Shown here: positions 15,011 through 34,503 of the stretch, piece by piece | How positions within the stretch are numbered: the first letter of the stretch is position 1 | Layout of the letters: every line of letters starts with the position of its first letter | Notes under the pieces: generated by a model | The model's database searches: none | What the model saw: only the letters and a program-made list of their open reading frames with translations | Told to the model about the DNA's origin: nothing | Origin: the human T2T-CHM13v2.0 reference genome, Homo sapiens | Length of the DNA stretch: 64,000 bases | Reading direction: 5' to 3' (one strand) | Assembly: GCF_009914755.1 (NCBI RefSeq) | Contig: NC_060943.1 | Position numbers and translations under genes: made by a program

Positions 15011-15523
15011 ATGCGTGAGAGAGGGGAGCATCTGCAGTGGCTCCCAGAGCCCCGACTCAAGCAGCAGGGACTTGGGGGTGTCATGGCAGAGAGCTGGTGA
15101 GATGAACCGTCAGGGCTTGGGGGCAGGTCTGGGCTGGAGAGGGAGGGATAGGGAGTTTCACAAAGCCTATTGGAGTTGTACTCAGGGGAGGTGGATGTGT
15201 TCACCAAGGGGAAACAGAAGGCCCCAGTGGGAGGGGTGGGGAACACACAATCTTAAGCTTAATTGTGGGCTGGGGAATGGCTGAGATGGCCTGGCCAGGG
15301 AGGTAGGAGGAGAAGGAGCTGCACATTGGTGACAGCAGTGGTGAGAATTTTATCAGGGATGGGTGGGAGGGGCAGACTGCAGGGGGCAGCGGGGTGAGGG
15401 GGAGTGGGACTCATTGGGATGTCTTCAGTCCTCTCCTGTCGGAGCTCTGGGCCTCCACTTCTGTCCTGAGCAAGCAGCAAGCCCACCTTCATCACGACCC
15501 CAGAGGGAAGGTTTTTTTCCTAC

Positions 15524-17740
<2,217 letters not shown>

Positions 17741-17766
17741 CTACATTCCGCTGACACCATCTGATT

Positions 17767-18290
17767 TGTTGGGAGCCGAAAAGGCCAAAGAGATCGTGAC
17801 CAACTCAGCATTCCACTGGAGGCTATATGATCAAACAGCAAACTGTTTATCATGAATACAGGATGTGAGCAAACTCACGACTGCACCTGCCGCCAGAAGG
17901 TTTGCTGAGGGCGGTCACTCCCTGGTGCCGGCTCCTTGAAGTTATCTTCTGGGACATCTAGGGCCTACTGTTCAAGGAATACAGTCTTGCAAGCCTACTC
18001 TAGACGGAGCAGCTGACCTCTTCTTCCACCCCTCCTTCTCGCTATCTCTTTTGCCTAATAAATATGGAGGGCTGTGTAAAGTTCAGGGCCCTTGTCCACT
18101 AGAGGCAAGGTGCCCCCTGACCCCTTCTTCCAAACACATTCTTTTGTTCTCTTGTCTTTGTTCCCGCGTTCGTCCCCCTTTGTTCAGTCCCCCAAGGTCC
18201 GTGCAGTTTACAAGCGGTGCCCCGAACAGCGACAGGATTGGGCAGTCTACAAGTAGCACCCCAAACAGTGAGAGAACTAGGCTGTCTTCA
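17767..18290 (+). mobile_element. LTR3 (HERV-K HML-6) solo LTR
   Basis: TG..CA termini; perfect 6-bp TSD CTGATT (17761-17766 / 18291-18296); GTGACCAACTCAGCATTCCACTGGAGGCTATATGATCAAACAGC core. Confidence 0.85.
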
Positions 18291-19067
18291 CTGATTAGCC
18301 TCTCCCACTTGGAAGTGGGCACAACCTTGGAGTGATAGATTCTCTTCCTGGATTGAATGTATTGTTCCTCTCCCAAATTTCTGCCTTCAGCAAACGCTAC
18401 TTTTGCCCTCAGACCACTACAGGGGAAATGAAAGCTGAGCTCTCCTCTCCCCTGACCACAGCAGGGTGGGACCTTCCTTCCTCCTCTTCCTCACCACCTG
18501 AAGACCAACCCCCACTTCCCTCAAGAGAGATGTGGAGTTTCTGGGTCTGTTTTCCCCAGTTGCTTTTCTTGGAGCCCCTTGCATAGGGTCATAGGAGAGT
18601 GAGACTGAGACTCTCCTAAAATGGAACCCTCTCTGTCCTCAGCTCCAGCCGTGGCTCCAGCTCTGGCTCCAGACTTAGGTGAGCTCTTTGGGTTCAGGGT
18701 GAGGCAGAAAGAACTTGTCCTGTGTCTCTCCTCCTACTCTCACTTCCTGTGGGCCCTGCCTGCACATATACATACACAGTCTCTTCACTTTGACTTTTCC
18801 ACAGTTTTCCAGCCTCTACAACTCCTCCCCTCTGTGGAGTGACCAGCAAATATTCCTCTCCTGGCCTCTCTCTCTCTTGAAATGAATAGCCTGCTAGGTC
18901 TCCCATGGACAGCTCCCCATCTCTGAGCTCACGGGACTCTTTTTTCAATCTAAGTAAGATCCCTTGTGTGCCTAAACACTTTGAATGTCTTCCATCACTT
19001 CCAAAGACCATGCTTCCATCAGCTGCCTGATATTCTGTTCCTCCATTTAGCCTACAGATCCTGAAGC

Positions 19068-19740
19068 ATATATACATAATATATATATTATATATATGAT
19101 ATATGACATATATATATATATGTAATCTTTTAGGATTGGGCACAAAGCTAAAGACTGAAAAGGACCATGAGTCTTGTTCTTTGTCCTCCAGAGCTCCAAT
19201 TGGGTACGAGTACCAGTCGGAGGTGGTACAGAGGTGAGAGGAGTAGGGAAGAAGAGGGAGAGGGGAAGAGACACAGATTGAGACAGAGAGAGAGAGAGGG
19301 AGAGAGAAAAAGAGAGAAGAGGAAGAGAGGGAGAGGGGAAAGAGATAGAGAAAGAGAGAGACAGACAGACAGAGAGAGAGAGAGAGAGAAAGTTTTCCTT
19401 CAACAGGAACATTCCCTTTGCCCTCAGACAAGGCAAAGGGGGAAAGAAAGAGACTAGAAACAGACTGAGACAGAAAGAAAGGTAGAGAGGCAGGAAAAAG
19501 GGAGACAGGGAGAGAAAGACAGAAGAGGGGAAAGGGGAAGAAGGTGAAAAGAGACATAGACTGAGATAGACGAAGAAGCAGGGAAGAGAGAGAGAAAGGG
19601 GTAGGAGAGAGGGAGAGAGACAGAGAAAGATGAGCAGGAGGAAGAGGAGGAGGGGGAGGAGAAGGAGGAGGAGGAGGGGGAGGGGAGGAAGAGGAGGGGG
19701 AGGAGAAGGAGGAGGAGGGAGAGGGGGAGGCGAAGGGAGT
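19068..19740. repeat. (TA)n at ~19068-19122 and ~500-nt GA/GGA-rich purine tract at ~19235-19740
   Basis: Directly visible low-complexity sequence. Confidence 0.9.
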
Positions 19741-21475
19741 TTATCACAATTAGACAGGGATTCCTGAAGGCCCCGGGGGTGGAGTCTGTCCTAAGAGGCA
19801 AGAAACCAGGGATATGTGCAGATTCCCTCTCTGAGTGATCTAAGGGCCCATCTCCTGGGCGTGACCGAGAGCCCGAGAAGGGCAGACACAGACTGGGAGG
19901 TTTTCCTATCCTGCGCCGTTCTCTCCCATGTCTACCATCAGGGACCGCCCAAAGAGGCTGGTGGCTGTCGCTGCACATCCAGACACGTTTTGGTCCTGGC
20001 GAGCCACAGGCATCAGGGAGAGTGGCGCTGTCCCTGGTGCTGAAGCAGGACTGTGTCCCTGGTTTAGGAATGACTGGGCTATGCAGAGGAGTCTGACTAG
20101 ATAGGATCCAGATCGGGGTCTCCAGCCGGCAAAACAGCTGAGTCACAGGATTGGGCCGCCCAAGAGGGAGGAAGTTAAGGAGGGGCCGACTGTGGGTCTG
20201 TATGGGCTGGACTTCCCTCTGTGCCCCTCCCGGCTCCTTCTTTACCCCAGGAATGTTTTGGGTCAAAGCCAGCAGCAGCTCATCTGTAGACCTCTTGTTG
20301 CATGAAAAAAAAATCTTATTTGTTAAAGCCCCTGAAAATCAACAGACTCACAGTAAAGTGCATTTCTCGTTGATACAATACGGAGGGGTGAAGATTACCC
20401 CAATTCCATTTGAAGCCAACAGGATATTTTCCAAAAGTGCCATACTCCTTTAAATCTCCTGACCATGCATGACAGTGCCCAATATGACAGACTTTTTTTC
20501 ACTTTTGGTAATTCAAGATTAGATAAATAATATAATCTCCCTTCCTTACTTTTCAAAGATGTGATTATAAACAGCCTTGTTGACCCAATTTTTAAATTAA
20601 TCTCTGTGAATTATTTATTTAAAGAGTTTATGCAGAGGGGCTTTGGGGTTTTCCTTAACAATGTGTCTAAGCTTTTTGTGAAGATATTAGTCTTCTCCTA
20701 TTATTTACCTTGGAGAATAATACAATTTTTTTAACCGACAAAATATGCATCCCTAAATATCAAAGTTTAGGTTTTACTGTTTTTGGCATTTATGTAAATT
20801 GCATCATATTGTATGCATTTTTCCTAGCTACTTCACACAATAATAGCTTAAGAATTTTTTACTGTCATGCAGAAGGGATGCAAATCATTAAGTGTACAGC
20901 TTAATGATTTATCACACAGCGAGCACATTCAGCTCACAAAATAGGTATTGCCAGCTCTGAAAATGCCTCAACAAACTGCACTCCCACCATCAGAACACAA
21001 AGGTCCCGATTTACTCATATCTTTGCCACACTCGCTGTTATTTGCCTTCTTGATTTTCTGAATGAGTGTAAAGAAGTATCTCATTTCTGTTTAATTTGAT
21101 TTTTTTTCAGCTACCAGTGAGGCTGCGCATCTCAACGTGGACTTGTTTTCCACTCATGCTTCCATACTAGCAGATTAATATTCATGTGCTTTGCATACTT
21201 TTACTTTGGCTTGTTTTCCTTTTTCTCATTGGTTTGTGGGAGTTTCTTACACATTCTAGTTCAAAAGTCCTTGTGAGCTTTAGGTGAAACAAATGATTTC
21301 TCTCATTCTGTCATTTCTCAATGAAAGTAGTCTGATTTGTCCTTGATTTGATGGAAAACCAGAGTTTGGATGCAACCAAATGTGTCCTACAAATTGGTCT
21401 TTTTTTTTTTTTTCCTGGTTGGTTAAACTCAGAATTTTCGAGCTTTAACACCCCTATCCCAATTACCCCAAATCA

Positions 21476-21975
21476 CCTCAGCTTCCCTCAGGCTTTACAT
21501 AGGAACTGGTGGCGACATCAGTGAAGGCCTCTCTGGGCAACTTCCGGTTCACATTGGCGTCCAGGCGTGATTTCTTCAGCATGTCCATTGACGCGCATGT
21601 TCAATATCACTTTTGGAGCTATGCTCTGCAGATAGTTATCATGGTGTAACGCGGTGGAGGGCGTGTCCGTTATTTCCATTGTAAACTTTTCTTCAGCGGC
21701 TTTGTCAGGAGAACAACATGGTCGTGCCCAGATAGAGTTGGTCACTGGAGGACGCCATCTTCAAAAGATGGTCGTTCCATACAGCCAGGGAAGGCCTTGG
21801 GGTCTCACACAGCAAGGTCTTGGAGCTGTGCCATACTGGCAGGGACCCTGTTGTGTATATATCTATGCAGATATGTGTATGACTGACATTACATATTCTG
21901 AAAAATAACTCTTTTATATTTTTACACTTATTTGAAGGGTTTTTTTCCCCCTTCTACTAAAGAATTCAATGTCTT
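21476..21975 (-). promoter_or_regulatory. Decayed inverted paralog of the ZNF175 promoter and first exon
   Basis: Aligns by eye to the reverse complement of ~37520-37950 (ACTTCCGG, CGCGCATG, CACTTTTGxAGCTA, AGTTATCATGG, CGCCATC, TACAGCCA, TGGCAGGG, TATTCTGAAAAATA); donor-like GCTGAG|GTGATT at 21476. Confidence 0.75.
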
Positions 21976-24030
21976 CTTGAAAATTAACAAACTGCATGTG
22001 CTTAGGTTTACTTCTGGGCTCTCTAGTCTGTTCCATTGGTCTAACTGGTCCATATGTCTTTTGGAATATAGCTAGCACCATACGGCTTTGATTACTGTAG
22101 CTTTGTAATGTAATTTGAAATCAGGAATGTGATTCCTCCAACTTTGTTTTTCTTGCTTAAAATTGTTTGGCTATTCAGAGTCTTTTGCAATTCCATAAGA
22201 ATTTGGCAATTATTTTTTTCTGTGAACAATGCCATTGGAATTTTGATAGAGATTACACTAAATCCATATATCACTTTGGGTAGTATGGATATTTTAACAA
22301 TATTAATTCTTCTAATCCACAAACATGGATATTTTTCATTTATTTGTGTCTTCTTCAATTTCTTCCATTAATATTTTGTAGTTTTTCACTGTACAGATCT
22401 TTCACTTCTTTGGTTAAAATTTATTCCTAAGTATTTTATTCTTTTTGGTGCTATTACAAGTGGGATTACTTTCTTGATTTCCTTTTTGGATGGATTATTC
22501 TTGGTGTAAAGAAATGCAACTGGTTTTTGTATGTTGATTTTGCATCCTATTACTTTATGGAATTCATTTATTCATTCTAATAGTTTTGTGGGGTTGTTAG
22601 GATTTTAAGACACAATGTCAAAAGGGTAATCTCTTCAATAAATAGTGTTGGAAAAAGTGGATATCCACAAGCAAAAAAATGAAACTGGACTCTCTCATCT
22701 TACATCCTACGCAAATATCAACTGAAAATGGAGTAAAGATCTAAACATGAGACCAGAAATAGTAAGACTCCTACAAGAAAACATGGGGGCAAATCTACCT
22801 GATATTGACATTGATGATAATTTTTTGGATATTACACCAAAAGTTCAGGTAGCAAGAGCAAAACTAAACAAGTGAGATTGCCTGAAACTAAACAGCTTCT
22901 GCACATCAAAGGAGACAATCAACAAAATGAACATGCAGCTGATAGGTTGGGAGAAAATATTTGCAAACCAAATATCTGATAAAAAGTTGATATCCAAAAT
23001 ATATGAAGAATGTATACAACCTAATAGCAAACAAACAAACAAACAAACAAAAACCCAACTTCAAATTGGGCAAGGGACTTGAATTGACACTTTTCTGTAG
23101 AGACATGAAAATGACCAACAGGTATATGAAAAGCTGCTCAATATGAATGGACAAAACTACAATGAGATACTGCCTCACACTTATTAGAATGGCTGTTCAC
23201 AAAAAGATAAAAGACAACAAGTGTGTTGTGTAGGGTGGGGAGAAAATGGAATGCTTGTGCCCTGTTGGTGGAAATGTACATTGATACAATTGTTATGGAC
23301 AAGAGTTTGGAGACTCCTCAAAGAGTTAAAGGGAACTCAATATGACCCAAAAATCTCTCTGTTGGGTATATACCTTAAGGAAATGAAATCAGCATCTCGT
23401 AGAGATACCTGCACCCCCATGTTCATTGCAGCATGATTCACAATAGCTAAGATATGGAACAACCTAAACTCCTATCAACAGATGAACGGATAAACAAATC
23501 ACTGTGTGTGTACGTGTGCACACACACACACACAATGAAATGCTACTAGCCTTAAAAATAAGGAGATGCTGCCATTAGCCACAGCATGGATAAAACTGAA
23601 GGACATTTTGCTAAGTGAAATAAACCAGACACAGAAAGAAAAATTCTGCACGATCTCACTTACATGTAGAATAACAAGGAAAGGTGAATACATAGAAACA
23701 GAGTAGAATGGGGCAGGGAGTGGGAGGAGATGGGGAGAATGTTAGAGGGTACAAACTTATAGTTATGAAGGATAAAGAAGTCTAGAGATAAAATGTACAG
23801 TATGGAGAATAAAGTTAATAATATTGTATACTCAAATTTTGCTAAGTGAGTAGCTTTTAGGTGCTCTTACCACAGAAATAAGTAAGTATGGACGGTGATG
23901 GATATGTTAATTTGCTTGACTGTATTAATCATTTCACTGTGTACATGTCTATCTGAATATCACGTTGTACATATTAAATATATACAATGAAAATAAATTT
24001 TAAAAATTAAAATAAAGAAAAATAAATGAA
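21970..24030 (+). mobile_element. L1MA-type element with 5' inversion (minus piece ~21970-22605, plus piece ~22607-24030)
   Basis: Minus ORF 22092..22358 (PCLWIRRINIVKISILPKVIY) and plus ORF2 C-terminus ([10 protein letters not shown]) are adjacent in L1 consensus order but opposite in orientation. Confidence 0.8.
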
Positions 24031-24290
24031 AACCAAATACTGCATGTTCTCACTTATAAGTAAGATCTAAATGATGAGAACTCATGCACACAAAGAGGGG
24101 AACAGATATGAGGATCTAGTTGAGGATGGAAGGTGAGAGGAGGGAAAGGAGCAGAAAAAATAACTATTGGGTACTAGGCTTAGTACCTGAGTGATGAAAT
24201 GATCTGTACAACCACCTCGTGACATAAGTTTACCTATGTAACAAACCTGAACATGTACCTCCGAACCTAAAATAAACGTTAAAAAAGAGA
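24030..24290 (+). mobile_element. L1PA-type 3' end fragment
   Basis: aaaccaaatactgcatgttctcacttataag..acaaacctgaacatgtacc..aacctaaaataaa. Confidence 0.75.
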
Positions 24291-25084
24291 GGAGGTGGGG
24301 GAGAAAAGAAACTTAAAAAATAAAATTTAAACCAAAGTTCCAGCATCATTGATTAAGTAATTTATCCTTTCCCACAGACCTGTTGTGCTGGCTAGGTTCA
24401 CCTTTTCCCCAGTGATCTTCTACTTGCCCTCACACATGTTAGAATTCTATACTATATCAGCCTCTTGGCTTCCATTGGCTGTTCACACCCACTGGTATTT
24501 TATTATTTATATTGCTTTATAATAACCTTTGATATATAGTAGGACAAGCCTCACCATTTTACTCTTCTCCTTCAAAGTGTCTTATTCTTAGTCTGCACTT
24601 TCACATGTTCCATTCCTCTCTACCCTAAATGGGATTTTGAATGAAAGGGTATTGAAATTATTGATTCGTAAATGATTGGCATCTTTATGTAACTGGGACG
24701 TTCTATTCATTAATACAGCATATGGATCAATTTATTTAGGTGTTTGATATCTTCCAACACAGTTTTATAAAGTGCTACATTTAGATGTAACACATCTCTT
24801 ATAGTTCCTTATTTTTGTTAATACTTCAAGTGGTATCTTTTTATTACATTTTCTATCAACAGTTACTGGTATATAATGATACAATTATTAAATATATCTG
24901 TATTCATTCGTTTGCTAAAGTTTCTGTTATAATTTGTTTTTACATTATTTTGGAATTTTCCATATAGAATTGTATATTATCTTTAAAAAATAAAATAGAA
25001 TTGGCAAAACTGAAAAGTGACTGTCAAGAAGAAAATCTCTCTTCCAAATTATATTTTAAAATAATTCATCCTCTCCCATAGTGT

Positions 25085-25335
25085 TCTAAAAAAATTTTAT
25101 CTTTGGTATCCTTGCACAGTTTCTCTGTATACCTGGATGAACCCATTGATGAAATTATCCATTAAGAGACAAACTGTGAGATAATTTAGGAATCCTGCAA
25201 TATTTTATTTAAAGGGAGGTGAATAAAGAAAATGCAGTCAAGTTAATGGAGAAAACACAATTACTCAGGACTACACCCAGCCAGCCTAAAGGGACAGAAT
25301 TTTCAGGATGAGATTTTTCAGTCATCAAATAGGCA
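25085..25335 (-). repeat. Second block of the inverted duplication (paralog of ~37245-37500)
   Basis: Shares TATACCTGGATGAACCxATTGATGAA, TTTAAAGxGAGG, AAAACACAATTACT, CAGCCAGCC and CAGAATTTTCAGGA with the reverse complement of 37245-37500. Confidence 0.75.
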
Positions 25336-25712
25336 GAAGTATATCTAAGATTGTGGGCAATGGTGGCCATAAAGTAAACAACTGGGCTGGTTATAGGGAA
25401 ATAGAAAGGTGGGAACACAAAAGTGTGGATCTGAGACGAACTCCTTCTTCATGATAAAATAAAAGCTTTTAATGCTCATAGGAAGTACAAAAGTTAGATT
25501 GGAATTGGAAGGAGCAGGAATATCCCACAAAATAACACTGAAATAAGTTTGACCTACAAATTCCTGATTGCACAAGTAAACATGTTTAAGACTAAGAGAG
25601 AATGATGATGCTTAGGAAATGGACCAGGAATGAAAAAGTCTGGGGTAAAATCCCAAGGCTGGTAAGAGGGTTACATTCATTGAGTAGAATCCCCACCCAC
25701 CTATTTATTAAC

Positions 25713-26432
25713 CCATCCATCCATCCATCCATTCATCCATCCATCCATCCATCCATCCATCCATCCATCCATCTGTGTGTCCGTGTTTCCATTTATCCAT
25801 CCATTCATGTGTCCATATGTATCAGTTAAAGTCCAATTACTAAAAAAGAAATCACATAAATATTTAAAACAGAGGACATTTAATGGCAGAAATTGATTAC
25901 GCAGTTGATGTTAGGGATGAAAAATTAAACAGAGGACAATCAGGCAACCTAGAAATGAACAACAGCAGGAAACCACCACCACTTCTAGGCTAGAGGACAG
26001 AGGGAAAGGGCAGTGCACCAGAGCCCAGTAATCAGGGGCACCCAGAGGCTGAGTGCTGAGCACTCCGAGTCTGAGTGCTGGAGGCTCAGAGAGGGTGCTG
26101 CCACTACCAAAGAGATTGCACAATTCAGAGAGAAGGGAAAAAATAAATGCTGCTGCTTCTCCATTTTCTTCCTGTATTTTAATCTCCAGCATTAGCCTCT
26201 CATTATCTGAACCTAGTTGGAAGCTGCCTAATAAAGATGCCTGATAAATGTGGTCTGGCAGAGGAAGTATCTGGAGTACATAGCAATGTAGAGGAGGTGC
26301 AAGGAAAGGTTCTGAGAGCAGAGCAGTCATGGACGGTCCATCCAACCATCAACTATCCAGCCAGCCACTCATCCATCCATCCAATCATTCATTCATCCAT
26401 CCATCCATCCATCCATCCATCCATCCATCCAT
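25713..26432. repeat. (TCCA)n blocks (~25713-25810, ~26340-26432) flanking an old LTR-like segment
   Basis: Microsatellites are visible; the middle segment begins TGTATCAGTT like old LTRs, family not assigned. Confidence 0.65.
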
Positions 26433-26614
26433 CTCGCCCAGCAGTACAGTTCAGGAGATAGGATATGAAACTGGACAGAGATTATTTCTGGATGAACCAA
26501 GTCAGCAAGTGATTCAAGATGCAGAGAGGTGGGCTTTAGTAAGAGATACAGGGGCTCTGTTCCTCTGGACTTCAATGTCCATCTTCTCACCATGTCCAGA
26601 GGAGAGAGATCAGT

Positions 26615-31585
<4,971 letters not shown>

Positions 31586-33305
31586 CTCTGAGACTGCAAG
31601 GGCTGTTTAGAGCCCCCTTCAGGCCATCTGAGGAGCCCTTCCCAGCAGACACCTGGTATCTATTTTGAGTTTTTGCCTCAAACCCTTCCCTCCAACAGAA
31701 ACACCCAAACCACTTTTGGGGAAGTGAAGGCTTAGCCCAATTCACCGCAGGGCCAAGGACACCCTAGCAGGGAACTTTGTTCCTTTCGCTTCCCCACTCA
31801 GACTTCAGATTATGCCCCCTGAAGCCAATTCTTCACCTTCCCTCAGGAGAGCTGTGGATTTGGGGTCATTTTCCCACCATGCAGGGAAGGAGATGCTGGA
31901 AGCTGGGTCCCACCTGGGACTGAATCCTCCTATTCCATGCTCCTCTTCAGATCTGGGCACGTCGGGAGCCTTGGGAAGCCCTGGCTGAGCTCTCGAAGTT
32001 CTCTGAGCAGGGAAACCCGTGGTGCTAGGGTTGAAGCCTGGGGGCCATGAATGGAGCCCCTGACTTAGGTGGGATATTTGTTGCTTTCTGATGCTTGTTT
32101 GGGTTCAGGAAGGAGCCTGGACTTGCCTCACAGACCTTTCTTTGGTTTCTGTGTGAGCTCTGACTTTGCTGTGGGGCTTTTTTTCTTCCAGAAAGAACCC
32201 AGGAAGCATTGCCATTTACTGCTCTCACTGCCCTGAACGCCTGCCCTGAACCCCTGCTCTGCCTACCCCTTGGATTTCTTTCTCTTCGCAGGCTCTTGCA
32301 GCAGGTCCTGATGCCCCTCCTTCATGCTTTACCCAGTCCTTCATCTGTCCCCACATCCACTAAGACCGCAGCATCTCCCTTCCTCATCCTGCCTCCTCCC
32401 AGCAGACATCTGGCCTATGGGCTGCCTTCCTGAAAACTATCTGGCTTGTGGTTACATGAAGCCAGAGTCCACTTGTGGTTATGAGCACACGATTGTCCTG
32501 GGCCACATAATGTGTGTTTAGCTTGATCCTAAATGAGTTTCAACCTAACACCCTCATCTGGCCTCTCCTATCTGAGTCTGGATGTCAGCTACCCATCCGT
32601 TTGACAGGTATTGAGCACCTTTGACCTGCCCCAGAAGTGGCATCACATTGACCTAAGAAATGGCATCAAGGACAAAGAAAAATGACCACATCAAGACCCT
32701 CCTACACAAGAAGACACGGGATGACAGAGAACCAATTCTGCTACTGATAGTGGAGCTATGGTTTCCAGGACGAGAGTAGATGAAGGGGTTTGCCAGCTGC
32801 TATAACAGGATCCAGTAAATGGGCTGGCCCTAAGGGGTGAAAGTGCAGATTCCTCCCTCAACCCCTGAGGAGTCTGACTGGCACTTCTGATATTTGGGGC
32901 TCAGGAAGTTAAAAACCATAGAAAATATTAATTCCCCATTCATAATATAATTGGCATGTACTATTCCCATATGTGCAAATTAACTCTTCGCTGTGAACAT
33001 ATGCAACTTGGCATTCCACACTCAACCGGCATAGGGGCAGACTAGGAGTCCCATGGAGCTGATGTTCCCAGGAGCACCCCTCAGCCTATGCTGGTGGATA
33101 ATACCTGGTGTGGGGGTGAGTGAGAAAGATCCCAGTAGAATAGCCTTTCTCCTCCCCACTCCTTCCTCCACCCATGAAGACTATTCTTTATTCAAGAGAG
33201 ACATGAAATTGGGGCAGAAGTGTGCTGAGAAATATTTAACAACTGGATTTCCAAAAAATACATATTCATAATAAATTTTACTGATATAAAGTATTTGTAG
33301 CACAC

Positions 33306-33773
33306 TGTTGAGCACCCAATTTGTCGCTGTTCGGGGTGCCACTATGTAACTCTCATGGACCTAGGGTAACTGAACAAAGGGAGGTGAACGTAGGAATAAA
33401 AGACAAGAGACAAAAGAGCATGTTTGGAAGAAGGGGTCAGGGGGCACCTTGCCTCTAGTGGACAAGGGCCCTGAACTTTACACAGCCCTCTGTATTTATT
33501 AGGCAAAAGAGATAGCGAGAAGTGGGGTGGAAGAAGAGGTCAGCTGCTTGGTCCAGAGTAGGCTTGCAAGACTGCATTCTCTAGATGTCCCAGTAGATAA
33601 CTTCAAGGAGCTCGGCGCCAGGAAGCAATGGCCCTCAGCAAACCTTCTGGCAGTGGGAGTAATTGTGAGTTTGCCCACATCCTGCATTCATGATAAACAG
33701 TTTGCTGTTTGATCATATAGCCTCCAGTGGAATGCTGAGTTGGTCACGTCCCACGGGCCTTCATCTCCCTGCA
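33306..33773 (-). mobile_element. LTR3 (HML-6) solo LTR, probably nested in a MER63-like hAT relic (~33220-34285)
   Basis: Reverse complement matches the 17767 LTR; flanks GCACAC / GCACGT are a decayed 6-bp TSD. Confidence 0.85.
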
Positions 33774-34420
33774 GCACGTAACTTTTAAATAATAATAAAA
33801 TGTACTATACTTTTTATTGTAAATTCTACATAATCAACTGATTCTCACAGAATGTTTTCACTGATTTTTCTGAACTTTTGCAACTTGAGCTAACTTATAA
33901 TGGCAATTGATGAACAGTACACTGTGTAGTTATGAATGTTGGTTGATATTTTCATTTACATTAAGGAGTAAGATAAAACAGAAATAATGAGATGTATGGT
34001 GGGATTTTATTCTTCTGTCAATGACAGGAGTAAACTCTTTGTTTAATCAGATAAGTTTTGGAATATCTACACTAGAAGAATATTTCTGAATTTTTGTGCT
34101 ATTTACAGTGTAATGACTGCAGATATTAACAACTTTTAAGTTGCATTATTAATATTTTATTCATCACTATATCAAGCGTAGACAATCAATAAAATGATAA
34201 ATCAAGACTTGATGGATAGTATTTGCCAATTTCTGCAGTGTAAACACTTCTATCATGACTGACTTCAAGCTACAAATGTGACTCGTGTAAAAATATAATT
34301 TCTGATTATTTCCGTAGAAGATATTTTTAGCAGAAACTGGATCACCTTTTCAAGAGAAAGTAATATGTTTGCAAGACAAAGATGAGTATTTACAAACTGC
34401 TTTCAAAAATGGCTGTAACA

Positions 34421-34503
34421 GGCCATGCACAGTGGCTCACACCTGTAATCCTAGCACTTTGGGAGGCCAAGATGGAAGGATTGCTTGAGGCCAGGAGTTT
34501 GAG
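34421..34503 (+). mobile_element. Truncated Alu left-arm fragment
   Basis: GGCCATGCACAGTGGCTCACACCTGTAATCC..GAGTTTGAG between AAAATGGCTGTAACA and AAAACGGCTGAAACA. Confidence 0.75.

Noticed and set aside
18694-20266. 287-aa and 270-aa minus-strand ORFs
   Set aside because: Produced by stop-poor CT/GA low-complexity sequence.
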